From NCBI GenBank assembly GCA_005223085.1, contig NJBP01000003.1, positions 2,406 through 66,405 of the forward strand: DNA of 64,000 bases, given 5' to 3'. Shown here in pieces: positions 27,757 to 36,656 of the stretch. Under the pieces are notes generated by a model. That model did not search any database. It was not told the origin of the DNA and saw nothing but the letters and a program-made list of their open reading frames with translations. How positions within the stretch are numbered: position 1 is the stretch's first letter; every line of letters begins with the position of its first letter. The stretch is from Candidatus Aerophobetes bacterium Ae_b3b (GTDB taxonomy: Bacteria; Aerophobota; Aerophobia; Aerophobales; AE-B3A). The translations under genes and the position numbers were made by a program.

Positions 27757-28021
27757 TAAACCTGACCGCACCGGGACCAACTCCAAACTTTAAATCTGCT
27801 TCATGTGCAGCTTTGATTAATCTTGGGTCATTAGAAATACCCAGGTAACTGTTGGAGGCAAAATTTAAGAGGACACGCTTATCACTCATAACTATTTTTC
27901 TACTAAATTCATCTTGAGGAGGCACTATATCAACAATGACTTTTTCTTTCCCCTTCAGTCTACCTTCCTTCTCTAATAGTTTTAACTTTGCATCTAAAAC
28001 AGGCGTTAGTTTGTTAAGCAT
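27755..28021 (-). pseudogene. kbl 5' fragment (copy of nt 18464-18730, including the start codon)
   Basis: About 93% identity by hand count (~18 mismatches in 267 nt, no indel). It encodes MLNKLTPVLDAKLKLLEKEGRLKGKEKVIVDIVPP... Homology stops exactly at the ATG. It has its own GGAGGA RBS. Confidence 0.9.
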
Positions 28022-28044
28022 CTTCTATCCTCCAACGCCATCCG

Positions 28045-28767
28045 CTATCGCTTCTTGGCCGGGGGTAAGGGATAGGTGATTCTACTATATGATAGTTTCA
28101 TATCTATAAGCCCCTCTGCATACTTAATCATGGCATGTACCGGGTCAATGACTGGCACCCTATATGACGCTTCCCATAGATCTCTCTGTAGGCTCGCTGC
28201 CATCCCCACCATGCCGGTACATCCTAGCGTTATCACTTGAGCGCCGTCCCTTTCAATTGCGGTCTTTGATTCTTCAAACAGCCTTTGCTCAATCTTCTTC
28301 CAGTTTTTGTCCAGCTCCAGCACTGGCATCTGTATATCTCTGATGGATGCGATCTTGCAAGCCAACCCGTAGATGCGAGCCCGATTCCACATCCGTGGTT
28401 TTACCTGAGGCAAAACCGTAATGATCGAGAATCTTTGACCTAACATGGAAGCTAGGTGCATACTGGTTTCTGCGGCTCCGATAATCGGGATGCCAGCTAC
28501 TTCTCGCGCTGCATCAATTCCGGGATCTCCAAAACAACTGATCATACAGGCATCCGCGCCACTCTTCTCAGCGTCCTTGGCCGCGCGCAAAATACCCGGT
28601 TCAGCTGCTACCACATCATACTCACACTCAATCGAAGCTGGGCCCTCTTCCAGACTTACCACCTGAACCTGAACGCCTTCTCTTGCAATTGACTTACACT
28701 CCTGTGCGGTCCTACGCTCAAGCTCCTCAAACTTTAGTATTGGCAAGAGCATGACCAGTTTTGTCAT
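28045..28767 (-). CDS. Asp/Glu/hydantoin racemase family protein (HyuE-like), copy 1
   Basis: Both catalytic-Cys regions are present (ISCFGDPG and LGCTGM). GPASIE and PVIDPV are also present. 240 aa. Confidence 0.75.
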   Translation of the reverse strand: MTKLVMLLPILKFEELERRTAQECKSIAREGVQVQVVSLEEGPASIECEYDVVAAEPGILRAAKDAEKSGADACMISCFGDPGIDAAREVAGIPIIGAAETSMHLASMLGQRFSIITVLPQVKPRMWNRARIYGLACKIASIRDIQMPVLELDKNWKKIEQRLFEESKTAIERDGAQVITLGCTGMVGMAASLQRDLWEASYRVPVIDPVHAMIKYAEGLIDMKLSYSRITYPLPPAKKR

Positions 28768-28832
28768 ACTTCCGTCCTCCCTTATTAATGGTTGCTAGCC
28801 GAGAGCCAACCCCAATTCCTGGTACTCCTAGC

Positions 28833-29654
28833 CTAAAACCTGAACCCGGCAAACCACTTGTCCAAGTTTGTAAACCGATTCACTATGAGCATTGACGACA
28901 CCACTATTGCGATAGAAACAGCACCAGCAGCGGCTACTCTGGGGTCATGGGAGAAGCGCAACGTGCTGTAGAGAGCTACGGGCAATGGATCCAAGTCTGG
29001 CGTGCTCAAATATAATGAAATGCTAAATTGGCCAAAAGAATAGATAAAAGCCAAGAAACCACCTACCATAATGCTCGGATAGATATTGGGCAACGTAACC
29101 TTAAAGAATGCCTGAATCGCATTTGCCCCCAGGATCCTGGCAGCGTTTTCGATGTCGATGTTGAAGTTAGACAAGGCTCCAACTACGGTAATAACCACAA
29201 AAGGCATCGCGATGATTATGTGTCCGACCAATAGACCTGGAAACGAGCGCGTCAATGCGCCAATATTGATGTAGTAGGCATAAAGCGCCAGACCGATCAC
29301 AGCTCCCGGAATCATCAGCGGAGCTACCAACAGCGCCTGCAATAAATCTCTTCCCGGAAACCTAACCCGAACCAGAGCAATTGAAGCAGGGATACCGAGA
29401 AGCAAGGCACCTATAGATGCTGCAGCCGCCAAGAGCAAGCTAAGCGTAAAGGATTGCGTGAATAGTGCTGAGGTCAAGTACGCAGTGATCCAACGGACTG
29501 AGAACCCCTTCAGGGGAAAGGAAAGGTATGAAGCGCTATTGAAGGAAGTCAACACCACAACCACCGCCGGAGCTATGAGAAGTGCACTTGCTATGACAGC
29601 AATTAATCTAAATCCACGTGGGTAGCCTTCTCGATAGTAGCGCTGCTTGTTCAT
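28833..29654 (-). CDS. Pot-type (spermidine/putrescine-like) ABC permease, PotC-like
   Basis: Six predicted TM segments and an EAA-type loop (ENAARILGANAIQAFFKVTLPNI). Confidence 0.75.
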   Translation of the reverse strand: MNKQRYYREGYPRGFRLIAVIASALLIAPAVVVVLTSFNSASYLSFPLKGFSVRWITAYLTSALFTQSFTLSLLLAAAASIGALLLGIPASIALVRVRFPGRDLLQALLVAPLMIPGAVIGLALYAYYINIGALTRSFPGLLVGHIIIAMPFVVITVVGALSNFNIDIENAARILGANAIQAFFKVTLPNIYPSIMVGGFLAFIYSFGQFSISLYLSTPDLDPLPVALYSTLRFSHDPRVAAAGAVSIAIVVSSMLIVNRFTNLDKWFAGFRF

Positions 29655-29681
29655 TTTCTGATCTCCGCAACAGAAGATGGT

Positions 29682-30557
29682 CTAGACTGCCAACATCCGT
29701 TTCGTGTACACCCGCGAATAGTAACGGATCAAGGCGAAAACCACCATCAGGTTTGTCAGCAACAGTACAATTGCAAAAGCCGCACCCCGTTGCCACAAGC
29801 CCTGATTTGAAATCTGTTGATAAACGTAAACCGGCAAGACAGCCCTTCCCCAACCTCCAAGTAGCACCGGTATCAGGTATGAGCTCATGGAAATTGCGAA
29901 CGCAAACAGCACACCGGTGATGATGCCCGGCACACTCAAAGGAAGCTCAACTTTCATAAATCCTTTCCACCTGTTGCATCCCAGTAATCGAGCCACGTTC
30001 AGAAGGTCAGGCGAGATACTTTCAATAATACCTATCAAAGGCAAGATTAGAAACGGCAGACTCAGATTTACCAAGCCGACTATGACCCCAAAGGAATTAT
30101 ACATCAAGGGAAGAGGGCGAGAAATGACCCCAGCTCTTATCAGACTTCCGTTGATTAGACCGTTATCACCCAGTATAGTTAAGTAGCCAAAAATCCGGAC
30201 TGTCAGATCTATCTGCATCGAAGAGAATACCAGGATCACCAGGAACGCTTGAACTCGCTTACTGGCGGTCCTCGCGATCATATAAGCCACAGGATATCCG
30301 ATCAGTAGGCATATCGCGGTAGCCGCCGATGTTAACCACAAAGAATTGATGAGACTTTGCCGATAAACCGGGTAGCTGAAGAAGAGTTTGAAATTCTCCA
30401 GCGTTAGTACCGGCTTGATCGCTATGCTTCCCAGCTCCTTTGGATTGAATGCAAGGGCCAATAAGGTGAAAATAGGCACGATGAAGAAAAAGGTGAAGAA
30501 CGCAAGGACGGGTAGAGCAAGAACCACAGTCCTATTCTCTCTAAGCATTCGTATCAT
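29682..30557 (-). CDS. Pot-type ABC permease, PotB-like
   Basis: Multi-TM protein with an EAA-type loop (NVARLLGCNRWKGFMKVELPLS). Confidence 0.75.
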   Translation of the reverse strand: MIRMLRENRTVVLALPVLAFFTFFFIVPIFTLLALAFNPKELGSIAIKPVLTLENFKLFFSYPVYRQSLINSLWLTSAATAICLLIGYPVAYMIARTASKRVQAFLVILVFSSMQIDLTVRIFGYLTILGDNGLINGSLIRAGVISRPLPLMYNSFGVIVGLVNLSLPFLILPLIGIIESISPDLLNVARLLGCNRWKGFMKVELPLSVPGIITGVLFAFAISMSSYLIPVLLGGWGRAVLPVYVYQQISNQGLWQRGAAFAIVLLLTNLMVVFALIRYYSRVYTKRMLAV

Positions 30558-31666
30558 TCTTCAAGCCTTTCATTCTTATTTGCACCTATAACCACCACAC
30601 CTGCTGGTTCCCAGCAAATTCTGACTTTGGACCCTTCGGTAAAACGGTTCTCGCTGGTGTTAATCGCATAGATATCGATCTGTTGATTACCCACCACCAG
30701 GGCTTTGTGCCTCAGTAGCGCTCCCTCGTAACTGCTTTGCAGAATTGAACCTTCAAAGCTGTTCACAGTTGAAGTGGTGCTAGCTGCGCTTTCCATGACT
30801 GAGATAGCCTCAGGCTTAACAAAAACATTGACAGGCTGACCTACTTCGAAAGTTCTGTTTCTTATAGTCGCGGTCACCTCGAAGCCTACGGTAAGTCTGA
30901 CTTGGACCTGATTGTCGTCTATGGTGGTCACGGTACCCTCGAAGCGGTTTGTCAGGCCCATGAAGTCCGCTACAAACATAGAAGCCGGGCTTTCATAGAT
31001 TTCTTGCGGGGTACCAATTTGTTCCACTCTACCAGCGTTTAGGACCAGAACATGGTCAGACAGTGATAGGGCCTCACTTTGGTCGTGAGTGACATAGATT
31101 GTTGTGGTTGTAAGATCTTCTTGAAAACTTCTCAGCCAGAATTTCATCTCTTCCCGGAGCTTCTTATCGAGGGCGCTAAGGGGTTCATCCAGAAGGAGGA
31201 CTTTGGGGTTTGGCGCTACTGCCCGAGCCAAAGCCACCCTTTGCTGTTCGCCTCCGCTCAACTGGTGAGGGTACTTCTTTTCATATCCCAGCAAACCTAC
31301 CCGATCTAACAGATCATGGACCTTAGTTTGAACGTGGCTCTCGCTCAGGTGTCTTAGCTTAAGCCCGAAGGCTACATTGTCGTAAACACTGAGGTGCGGG
31401 AATATCGCGTAGTTCTGAAATACCAACCCCAGACCCCGTTGCTCAGGTGCAAGACCTGTAATCTCCTTTCCATCCAGCAAAATTGAACCGTTGGCCGGAG
31501 TCGTTAGGCCTGCGATCATTCGCAGTATCGTGGTCTTGCCAGAACCACTTGGGCCGACCAGCGAAAAGAACTCACCGCTTTTTATGGTAACGTTGACTTG
31601 AGAAACAACCGTCAGTTTGCCATACCTCTTTGTGAGATCGACCAGTTGCAATGCTGAAGTTAACAT
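30554..31666 (-). CDS. Pot-type ABC transporter ATPase (PotA-like, with C-terminal TOBE-like domain)
   Basis: GPSGSGKTT, LSGGEQQRVALARA and LLDEPLSALD. 370 aa. Confidence 0.85.
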   Translation of the reverse strand: MLTSALQLVDLTKRYGKLTVVSQVNVTIKSGEFFSLVGPSGSGKTTILRMIAGLTTPANGSILLDGKEITGLAPEQRGLGLVFQNYAIFPHLSVYDNVAFGLKLRHLSESHVQTKVHDLLDRVGLLGYEKKYPHQLSGGEQQRVALARAVAPNPKVLLLDEPLSALDKKLREEMKFWLRSFQEDLTTTTIYVTHDQSEALSLSDHVLVLNAGRVEQIGTPQEIYESPASMFVADFMGLTNRFEGTVTTIDDNQVQVRLTVGFEVTATIRNRTFEVGQPVNVFVKPEAISVMESAASTTSTVNSFEGSILQSSYEGALLRHKALVVGNQQIDIYAINTSENRFTEGSKVRICWEPAGVVVIGANKNERLEE

Positions 31667-31722
31667 CTATTCCCCTATTACACCCAAATCATTCTGGATA
31701 CATAACCTCGTGCTGATAGTTT

Positions 31723-31763
31723 TCTGAAGAGACCAGGGGAGAGCGCTAGTTGATTCCCGACAC
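31723..31763 (-). terminator. Stem-loop just downstream of the SBP gene (9-bp stem CCAGGGGAG/CTCCCCTGG); candidate intra-operon attenuator
   Basis: Inverted repeat read directly. It sits about 23 nt after the SBP stop. The loop is 23 nt and the U-tract is weak. Confidence 0.35.
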
Positions 31764-31785
31764 CCTCCCCTGGTAATGACCACAG

Positions 31786-32880
31786 TTAGTGCCCAGCGAA
31801 AATGGATTCTGCCATCCTCACAATCTCGTCTTCATTCTCCCTGTACCAGGTGTACTCAGGAACCCAGATTTCCGCCACCGCTTCCGCAGTGTTCTTGACG
31901 CCCCATTTTGCCAACTTCTCCGGGACCCTTACGTATTTGTTGGTGGAGCGCAATCCTAAGCTGACTTCAGCTAATTCATACTGCCACCTTGCACTCAGGG
32001 CGCGGTTTATGAAGGCGTAGGCTAGCTTTTTCTCCAGGGCAGAGACATGCTTGGAGACAGTGAAAGTTTGGCTGAGGATTGCCCGGTAGCCTTTGGGCCA
32101 CCATACTACTCCTAGCGGCAATCCTGCCTCAAGCATCGTATAAAGCTCGCCGTCCCATTGTTCACCTATGACAACTTCGCCCTTTTCAAGGAGCATTTGC
32201 ATTGTGCCCGTGAAATCAACGATCTTCATAGGCATAGAGTCCTTCATTGCCTTCTCCATGGTGGCAACGTCGTGCGGGCCTTCGCCAAAAACCTGTGCGG
32301 CAGTCATCCACAAAGGCGGAAAGAGACCGTTCGAGGTAATATAACTGGCACGCATTCCATCAAATCTATCCTCCCAAAAATCGGCGAACTCTGCCGGATG
32401 AGGTTCTTCGACAAGGTCCTTTCGATAAACGAAACAATGCTCACCAAACCCCCATGTTACGCCTGTCCCACTTAGCCAAGCGAAGTCCCAAATCTGATCT
32501 GCATTAGGGATGTTAGCCTTGATTTCTTCAATATCAACGAAGAAATCACCTGCGTTTGCAGCTTTACTCATCTGAAAGAGATTCCAGTTGCTTACGGCGT
32601 GCGGTGGGTTCTTTTCTCCTCCTGCTACATACTTGGGGAACCATGGCCAGCCACCGTCGTAGCTGACCTTGCAATTGAAGTCCTTTTCAAATTCCGGGAT
32701 AAACTTCTCCATCCATTGTTCTTTCCAAAATCCCCCCCAATTCCCAAGGCGAAACGTTGCTCCTCCTGCATCAAAAGTTCCCCCGGTGTAGAGTATTTCC
32801 GGCTCTGCAGCTTGCCCAACGTAACTGAAACCCATTAGCAACCCTAACAACGCAACCAATAAGATACTAGATCGTTTCAT
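31786..32880 (-). CDS. ABC substrate-binding protein, PotD/PotF-like (family 1)
   Basis: Signal peptide (MKRSSILLVALLGLLMGFSYVGQA). 364 aa. First gene of the Pot-type operon. Confidence 0.7.
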   Translation of the reverse strand: MKRSSILLVALLGLLMGFSYVGQAAEPEILYTGGTFDAGGATFRLGNWGGFWKEQWMEKFIPEFEKDFNCKVSYDGGWPWFPKYVAGGEKNPPHAVSNWNLFQMSKAANAGDFFVDIEEIKANIPNADQIWDFAWLSGTGVTWGFGEHCFVYRKDLVEEPHPAEFADFWEDRFDGMRASYITSNGLFPPLWMTAAQVFGEGPHDVATMEKAMKDSMPMKIVDFTGTMQMLLEKGEVVIGEQWDGELYTMLEAGLPLGVVWWPKGYRAILSQTFTVSKHVSALEKKLAYAFINRALSARWQYELAEVSLGLRSTNKYVRVPEKLAKWGVKNTAEAVAEIWVPEYTWYRENEDEIVRMAESIFAGH

Positions 32881-33185
32881 CTCAATTCTCCTCCTTTCTT
32901 AATTGGCAAAGTTTCTCGACAGTTTTCTCTATAGATATCACCTCCCACATTTTTGAATTAAGGATGATGCATAGCCGTAGCGTAGTGCAAATCCTGGTTT
33001 GTTTATCGTCCTCGTCCATGGGATACGACGTTTTACCAATCGGTGTCTCGGTCGGAGATCACGGCCAAAACTCACGGGTTACCTATTGCAGAGAGCTTCT
33101 CTCCTCCGTTTCCCCTTAAACGAGGTTAGCTATTCCTTTGACCAAGGAATCTCCGCTCCCGAATTCAAACATCACCCTTGTTCAC

Positions 33186-33214
33186 ATTATCTACCTTGAT
33201 TCTCCTCTTGTCAA
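33186..33214 (-). promoter_or_regulatory. Near-consensus promoter (TTGACA-17-GATAAT) about 300 nt upstream of the Pot-type SBP start
   Basis: Reverse complement of 33209-33214 is TTGACA, and of 33186-33191 is GATAAT. The spacer is 17 nt. Confidence 0.5.
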
Positions 33215-33259
33215 ATGCTCCGAATGTCGACTAAAGAACTACCAGAATGACCTTTATCT

Positions 33260-34393
33260 TCAACCTTCTCCTCTCTTAGCGACGGTTTCGATGGGTTGGT
33301 ACTCAATGTCAAAGCCAAAGTGAGGTGGTCCCAGAATATCGAGCCCTTTGGGGGAGCGGAACTGTTCTACCGCACGTAACCCGATAACCGCTACAGAGTG
33401 TCCTTCAGCAATATGAGAGTTGGCGAAGGGCTCTCCGCTTTCGCGGTCAACTACAATTATCATGTCTGGACTGGTAACGTAAGGCTCGCCGTTAAGCCAC
33501 GAGATGTGGTTTTCATTCTTAAACCAAATCTTAAATTCTTGTCCAGCAAATCGGCCGATCCCAGACAGGGTGTGGGTACCCCAATAGTATCCTTCTTTAT
33601 CTTCCCACTCTTTGTTCGAAATATGCCCCTCAAACAGCAACCATCCATTCAATTGTTTTACCGTTTCTTCCACTGGGTTCCGGCCAGCCGCCCTGCTGGT
33701 GCGAATTAATCGACCAATTTCTAGACATTTGGAAAGAGTCTTAGGAATGAGCGCCCTCTTCATATCTTTACCCTTGAGCAAAAACCCTGCCTGACCTGCT
33801 AGTCCAAACGAGGCAGCAGCGAGAAATTTCCCCATTCTTTCCGCCATCTCATATCCGGTGCTTTCCGTAATAATAGCCTTGTTGCCATACTTATCTATAC
33901 TAGCAATTGGCCAGAGACTGAGACCGTTGAGATAGGGAGTTGTTTGAGGAATTTCAGGAATTGCGCGTCCCGTATAATCACCGTCTACTATGGGGACCCT
34001 CAACCGAGCTGCCGCCACAACTGCACCGGGAGTGTTCGATCCACCAAGTTCAATAGGAACGATCGCTTGGATCTCCGCTTTGGTATAGCTCTCTAGCAAA
34101 CGCACAGCCTCAGCCTGGATGCTCTTAACCGGCTCCTTAGTAAGACCAAGTGCCTGCATTCTCTGTTTCGCCTCCTCTGTACGTGGTGCAATGGAACCCA
34201 TAAGAAAGGGACACACCGTCCAGGCATCATCCTTGACCTCTTCGTACGGGGTGAACGAGAGAGTCAAATCTTCATCCAGTGCCGTCCGGAGCCAATCTAT
34301 CCCATCTTTAGGATCACCGCCCCCTCCTGTTCCCATGAGGGTACAACCCCGCACGAAATCATGAATGTCTTGCTCGTTCTGAATCTTTACCAT
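33260..34393 (-). CDS. DUF917-family protein (hydantoinase/oxoprolinase-associated family of unknown function)
   Basis: The N-terminal GCTLMGTGGGGDP motif and the length (377 aa) fit my recollection of DUF917. No catalytic assignment is possible from sequence alone. Confidence 0.55.
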   Translation of the reverse strand: MVKIQNEQDIHDFVRGCTLMGTGGGGDPKDGIDWLRTALDEDLTLSFTPYEEVKDDAWTVCPFLMGSIAPRTEEAKQRMQALGLTKEPVKSIQAEAVRLLESYTKAEIQAIVPIELGGSNTPGAVVAAARLRVPIVDGDYTGRAIPEIPQTTPYLNGLSLWPIASIDKYGNKAIITESTGYEMAERMGKFLAAASFGLAGQAGFLLKGKDMKRALIPKTLSKCLEIGRLIRTSRAAGRNPVEETVKQLNGWLLFEGHISNKEWEDKEGYYWGTHTLSGIGRFAGQEFKIWFKNENHISWLNGEPYVTSPDMIIVVDRESGEPFANSHIAEGHSVAVIGLRAVEQFRSPKGLDILGPPHFGFDIEYQPIETVAKRGEG

Positions 34394-34472
34394 ACCATCC
34401 TCCTTTGCCCAATAGTGTCAAACGTAAATATTCAGTGAGGAACGTTCCATGTTGTTGACTGCAAAGAGCAGA

Positions 34473-34556
34473 GCGGGTAGCCGCACCCTTTAGGGTGCGT
34501 ATAAACGCAGGCTAAGATTTTGCGCAGGCTGAAGCCTGCGGCTACCAGCGGCTACC
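34473..34556. repeat. REP-like nested-palindrome element
   Basis: The outer stem GGTAGCCGC (34476-34484) / GCGGCTACC (34538-34546) encloses two hairpins: CGCACCC-ttta-GGGTGCG (34482-34499) and CGCAGGC-tgaa-GCCTGCG (34523-34540). GCGGCTACC is directly repeated at 34548-34556. Confidence 0.55.
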
Positions 34557-34635
34557 GAGATTGCTTCGCTGGCAATGGGATTCACTAAGTATTTACCCTT
34601 CCTCCCAGTTCAGTTGGCGCAGTCTCCGCATTGGT

Positions 34636-35655
34636 TCATTCTAGGACCACGAGCTCTTCTGCTCGAGCTGCGAGTTCCTCAGCTCGATGGCACCAAACCA
34701 GGTGCCCAGGTCCCACTTTTACTGGAGAAGGTAACTCCTGGGAACATCTGGATTCAGCTATAGAGCATCTTGGATGGAAGGCGCACCCACCCGGCGGGTT
34801 CACTGGGCTTGGGATCTCACCTTCTTTGCTCATTTCTCGAGGTTTAACGCGTTCTTCCTCTTTGGATACGACCGGCGTAGCTGCAATCAGGGTCTTCGTA
34901 TATGGATGGACAGGATGACTAAAGAGCATTTCCATGGTGCCCAGTTCATAAATCTTTCCCAGATACATCACCCCTGCCCTGGCAGCAATTGTCCGCACTA
35001 AGCCTAGATTATGAGTAATAAAGAGATACGATAAGGCTAATTCCTTCTTGAGTCTAAGGAAAAGATTTATCAGTTTTGCTTGCACGGATACATCCAACGC
35101 TGATGTCGGTTCATCCAAAACCAGGAAAGAAGGATTTACAGCTAAGGCTCGAGCGATGGCAATCCTCTGTCTCTCACCCCCACTGAGCGCAGATGGATAT
35201 TTGTACATATAGCGGCTTGGCATCTCTACCTGTCCCAGCAATGTATGGATTATTCTCTTTCGCTCAACCCTTGATTTCCCTATTCCATGTATGATAAGCG
35301 GATCCTCTAAAATACTCATGACACTGCGCCGAGGATTTAATGAGGACTTGGGATCTTGAAAAACCATCTGTACCTCGCGGCGGAACCGTCCGATAGTTTG
35401 CTTGGTCAATTTTGACAAATTTTGTCCCTTGAAATAAATCATCCCACTTGTGGGGTTATAAATTTGCACAATAGTTTTCGCCACTGTAGATTTCCCTGAT
35501 CCTGACTCTCCAATTAATCCAAAGATCTCTCCTTTCTGCACGTCAAAAGAGACTTTGTCCACTGCTTTGACATGCGCCACTATCTTATGAAGGAGGCCTG
35601 AGCGAATAGGGAAATATTTCACTAGATTCTCGACCTTCAACACTGGCTCACTCAT
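34636..35655 (-). CDS. Opp-type peptide ABC transporter ATPase (OppF-like)
   Basis: GESGSGKST, LSGGERQR, VLDEPTSALD and GCAFHPRC. I moved the start to the ATG at 35655, which overlaps the upstream gene's TGA (ATGA). The ORF-track start at 35775 would overlap OppD by 124 nt. Confidence 0.85.
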   Translation of the reverse strand: MSEPVLKVENLVKYFPIRSGLLHKIVAHVKAVDKVSFDVQKGEIFGLIGESGSGKSTVAKTIVQIYNPTSGMIYFKGQNLSKLTKQTIGRFRREVQMVFQDPKSSLNPRRSVMSILEDPLIIHGIGKSRVERKRIIHTLLGQVEMPSRYMYKYPSALSGGERQRIAIARALAVNPSFLVLDEPTSALDVSVQAKLINLFLRLKKELALSYLFITHNLGLVRTIAARAGVMYLGKIYELGTMEMLFSHPVHPYTKTLIAATPVVSKEEERVKPREMSKEGEIPSPVNPPGGCAFHPRCSIAESRCSQELPSPVKVGPGHLVWCHRAEELAARAEELVVLE

Positions 35656-36653
35656 CCGCCCCCTCCGTGGTACAAGTAGCAAGCCACATGTTGCTTTGTT
35701 GAAACTTTCACCATAGGCGGTTTTTGCTGGGCACATTTTTCCATAGCCTGAGGGCATCGGGGATGGAATCGACACCCAGAAGGAGCCTCAGTATAGTCGG
35801 AGAGGGTGCCTGGTATGCCTTCGGCTAAGGCTTCCCCTGTGAGGCGAGGTACAGAAGAAAGCAGGCCTTGAGTATACGGATGTTTGGGGTCATCGAAAAT
35901 CTCAACTGTTTGTCCTTCTTCTACGACTCGCCCTGCATACATAATATAGACTCTCTCCACCGTTTCTCGAACGACCCCTAGATCATGGGTAATTAACAAA
36001 ACCGCGATGCCAGCCTCCTTCACTAGACTCTTCAATAGGGAGAGAATTTGGGCCTGAATGGTGACATCTAAAGCACTACCCGGCTCATCCGCGATTAGAA
36101 ACCGCGGCCTATTAACCAGCGCCATGGCGATCAGCACTCGCTGCCGCATCCCTCCGCTGAGCTCGAGAGGATATAGACTGAGGATGCGCCTGGGATCAGG
36201 CAATTGCACCGATGTCAGCGCCTCCATAGCTATCCCCCGAACCTTTGTTTTGGTAAGTGCACCATCATCTCGAATCCAGCGATGGCCAAAGCGAATTACG
36301 TCAAATATTTGCTGGCCCACGGTGAACACGGGATTGAGTGCACTGAGAGGATCTTGGAAGATCATGGAGATCGTCTTGCCCTTCATTCTGAGGAGTTCAA
36401 TAGGGGCCGCCTTTAATACATCTCGGCCAGCTAAGAGAACTTGTCCCTGAGGGAAGAGAGCAGGGGGAGATCTCAGAATTCCCATGGCCGTTTTCATGGC
36501 CACGGTTTTGCCACACCCTGTTTCCCCGACTAATCCCACATGCTCTCCCCCTCGAACATATAAGCTCACTCCGTCTAATACCCGCGAGACGCCCTCGTAA
36601 ACGCGAAACCAGACGTGCAAGTCCCGTATATCCAATATAGCTTTTTCTTCCAT
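35652..36653 (-). CDS. Opp-type peptide ABC transporter ATPase (OppD-like)
   Basis: GETGCGKT, LSGGMRQR, IADEPGSALD and GCRFHPRCP. Confidence 0.85.
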   Translation of the reverse strand: MEEKAILDIRDLHVWFRVYEGVSRVLDGVSLYVRGGEHVGLVGETGCGKTVAMKTAMGILRSPPALFPQGQVLLAGRDVLKAAPIELLRMKGKTISMIFQDPLSALNPVFTVGQQIFDVIRFGHRWIRDDGALTKTKVRGIAMEALTSVQLPDPRRILSLYPLELSGGMRQRVLIAMALVNRPRFLIADEPGSALDVTIQAQILSLLKSLVKEAGIAVLLITHDLGVVRETVERVYIMYAGRVVEEGQTVEIFDDPKHPYTQGLLSSVPRLTGEALAEGIPGTLSDYTEAPSGCRFHPRCPQAMEKCAQQKPPMVKVSTKQHVACYLYHGGGG

Positions 36654-36656
36654 CTG

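Noticed and set aside
27530-28021. ORFs 27530-27793 (+) and 27638-28021 (-) taken as real genes
   Set aside because: Both are chimeras that read through junctions of unrelated fragments (lplA antisense + gyrA piece + kbl antisense; kbl 5' piece + gyrA antisense). I annotated them as pseudogene fragments instead.
35656-35775. 40-codon N-terminal extension of the OppF-like ATPase
   Set aside because: It would overlap the upstream ATPase gene by 124 nt. An ATG with the canonical ATGA stop/start overlap at 35655 gives the normal MSEPVLKVENL N-terminus.
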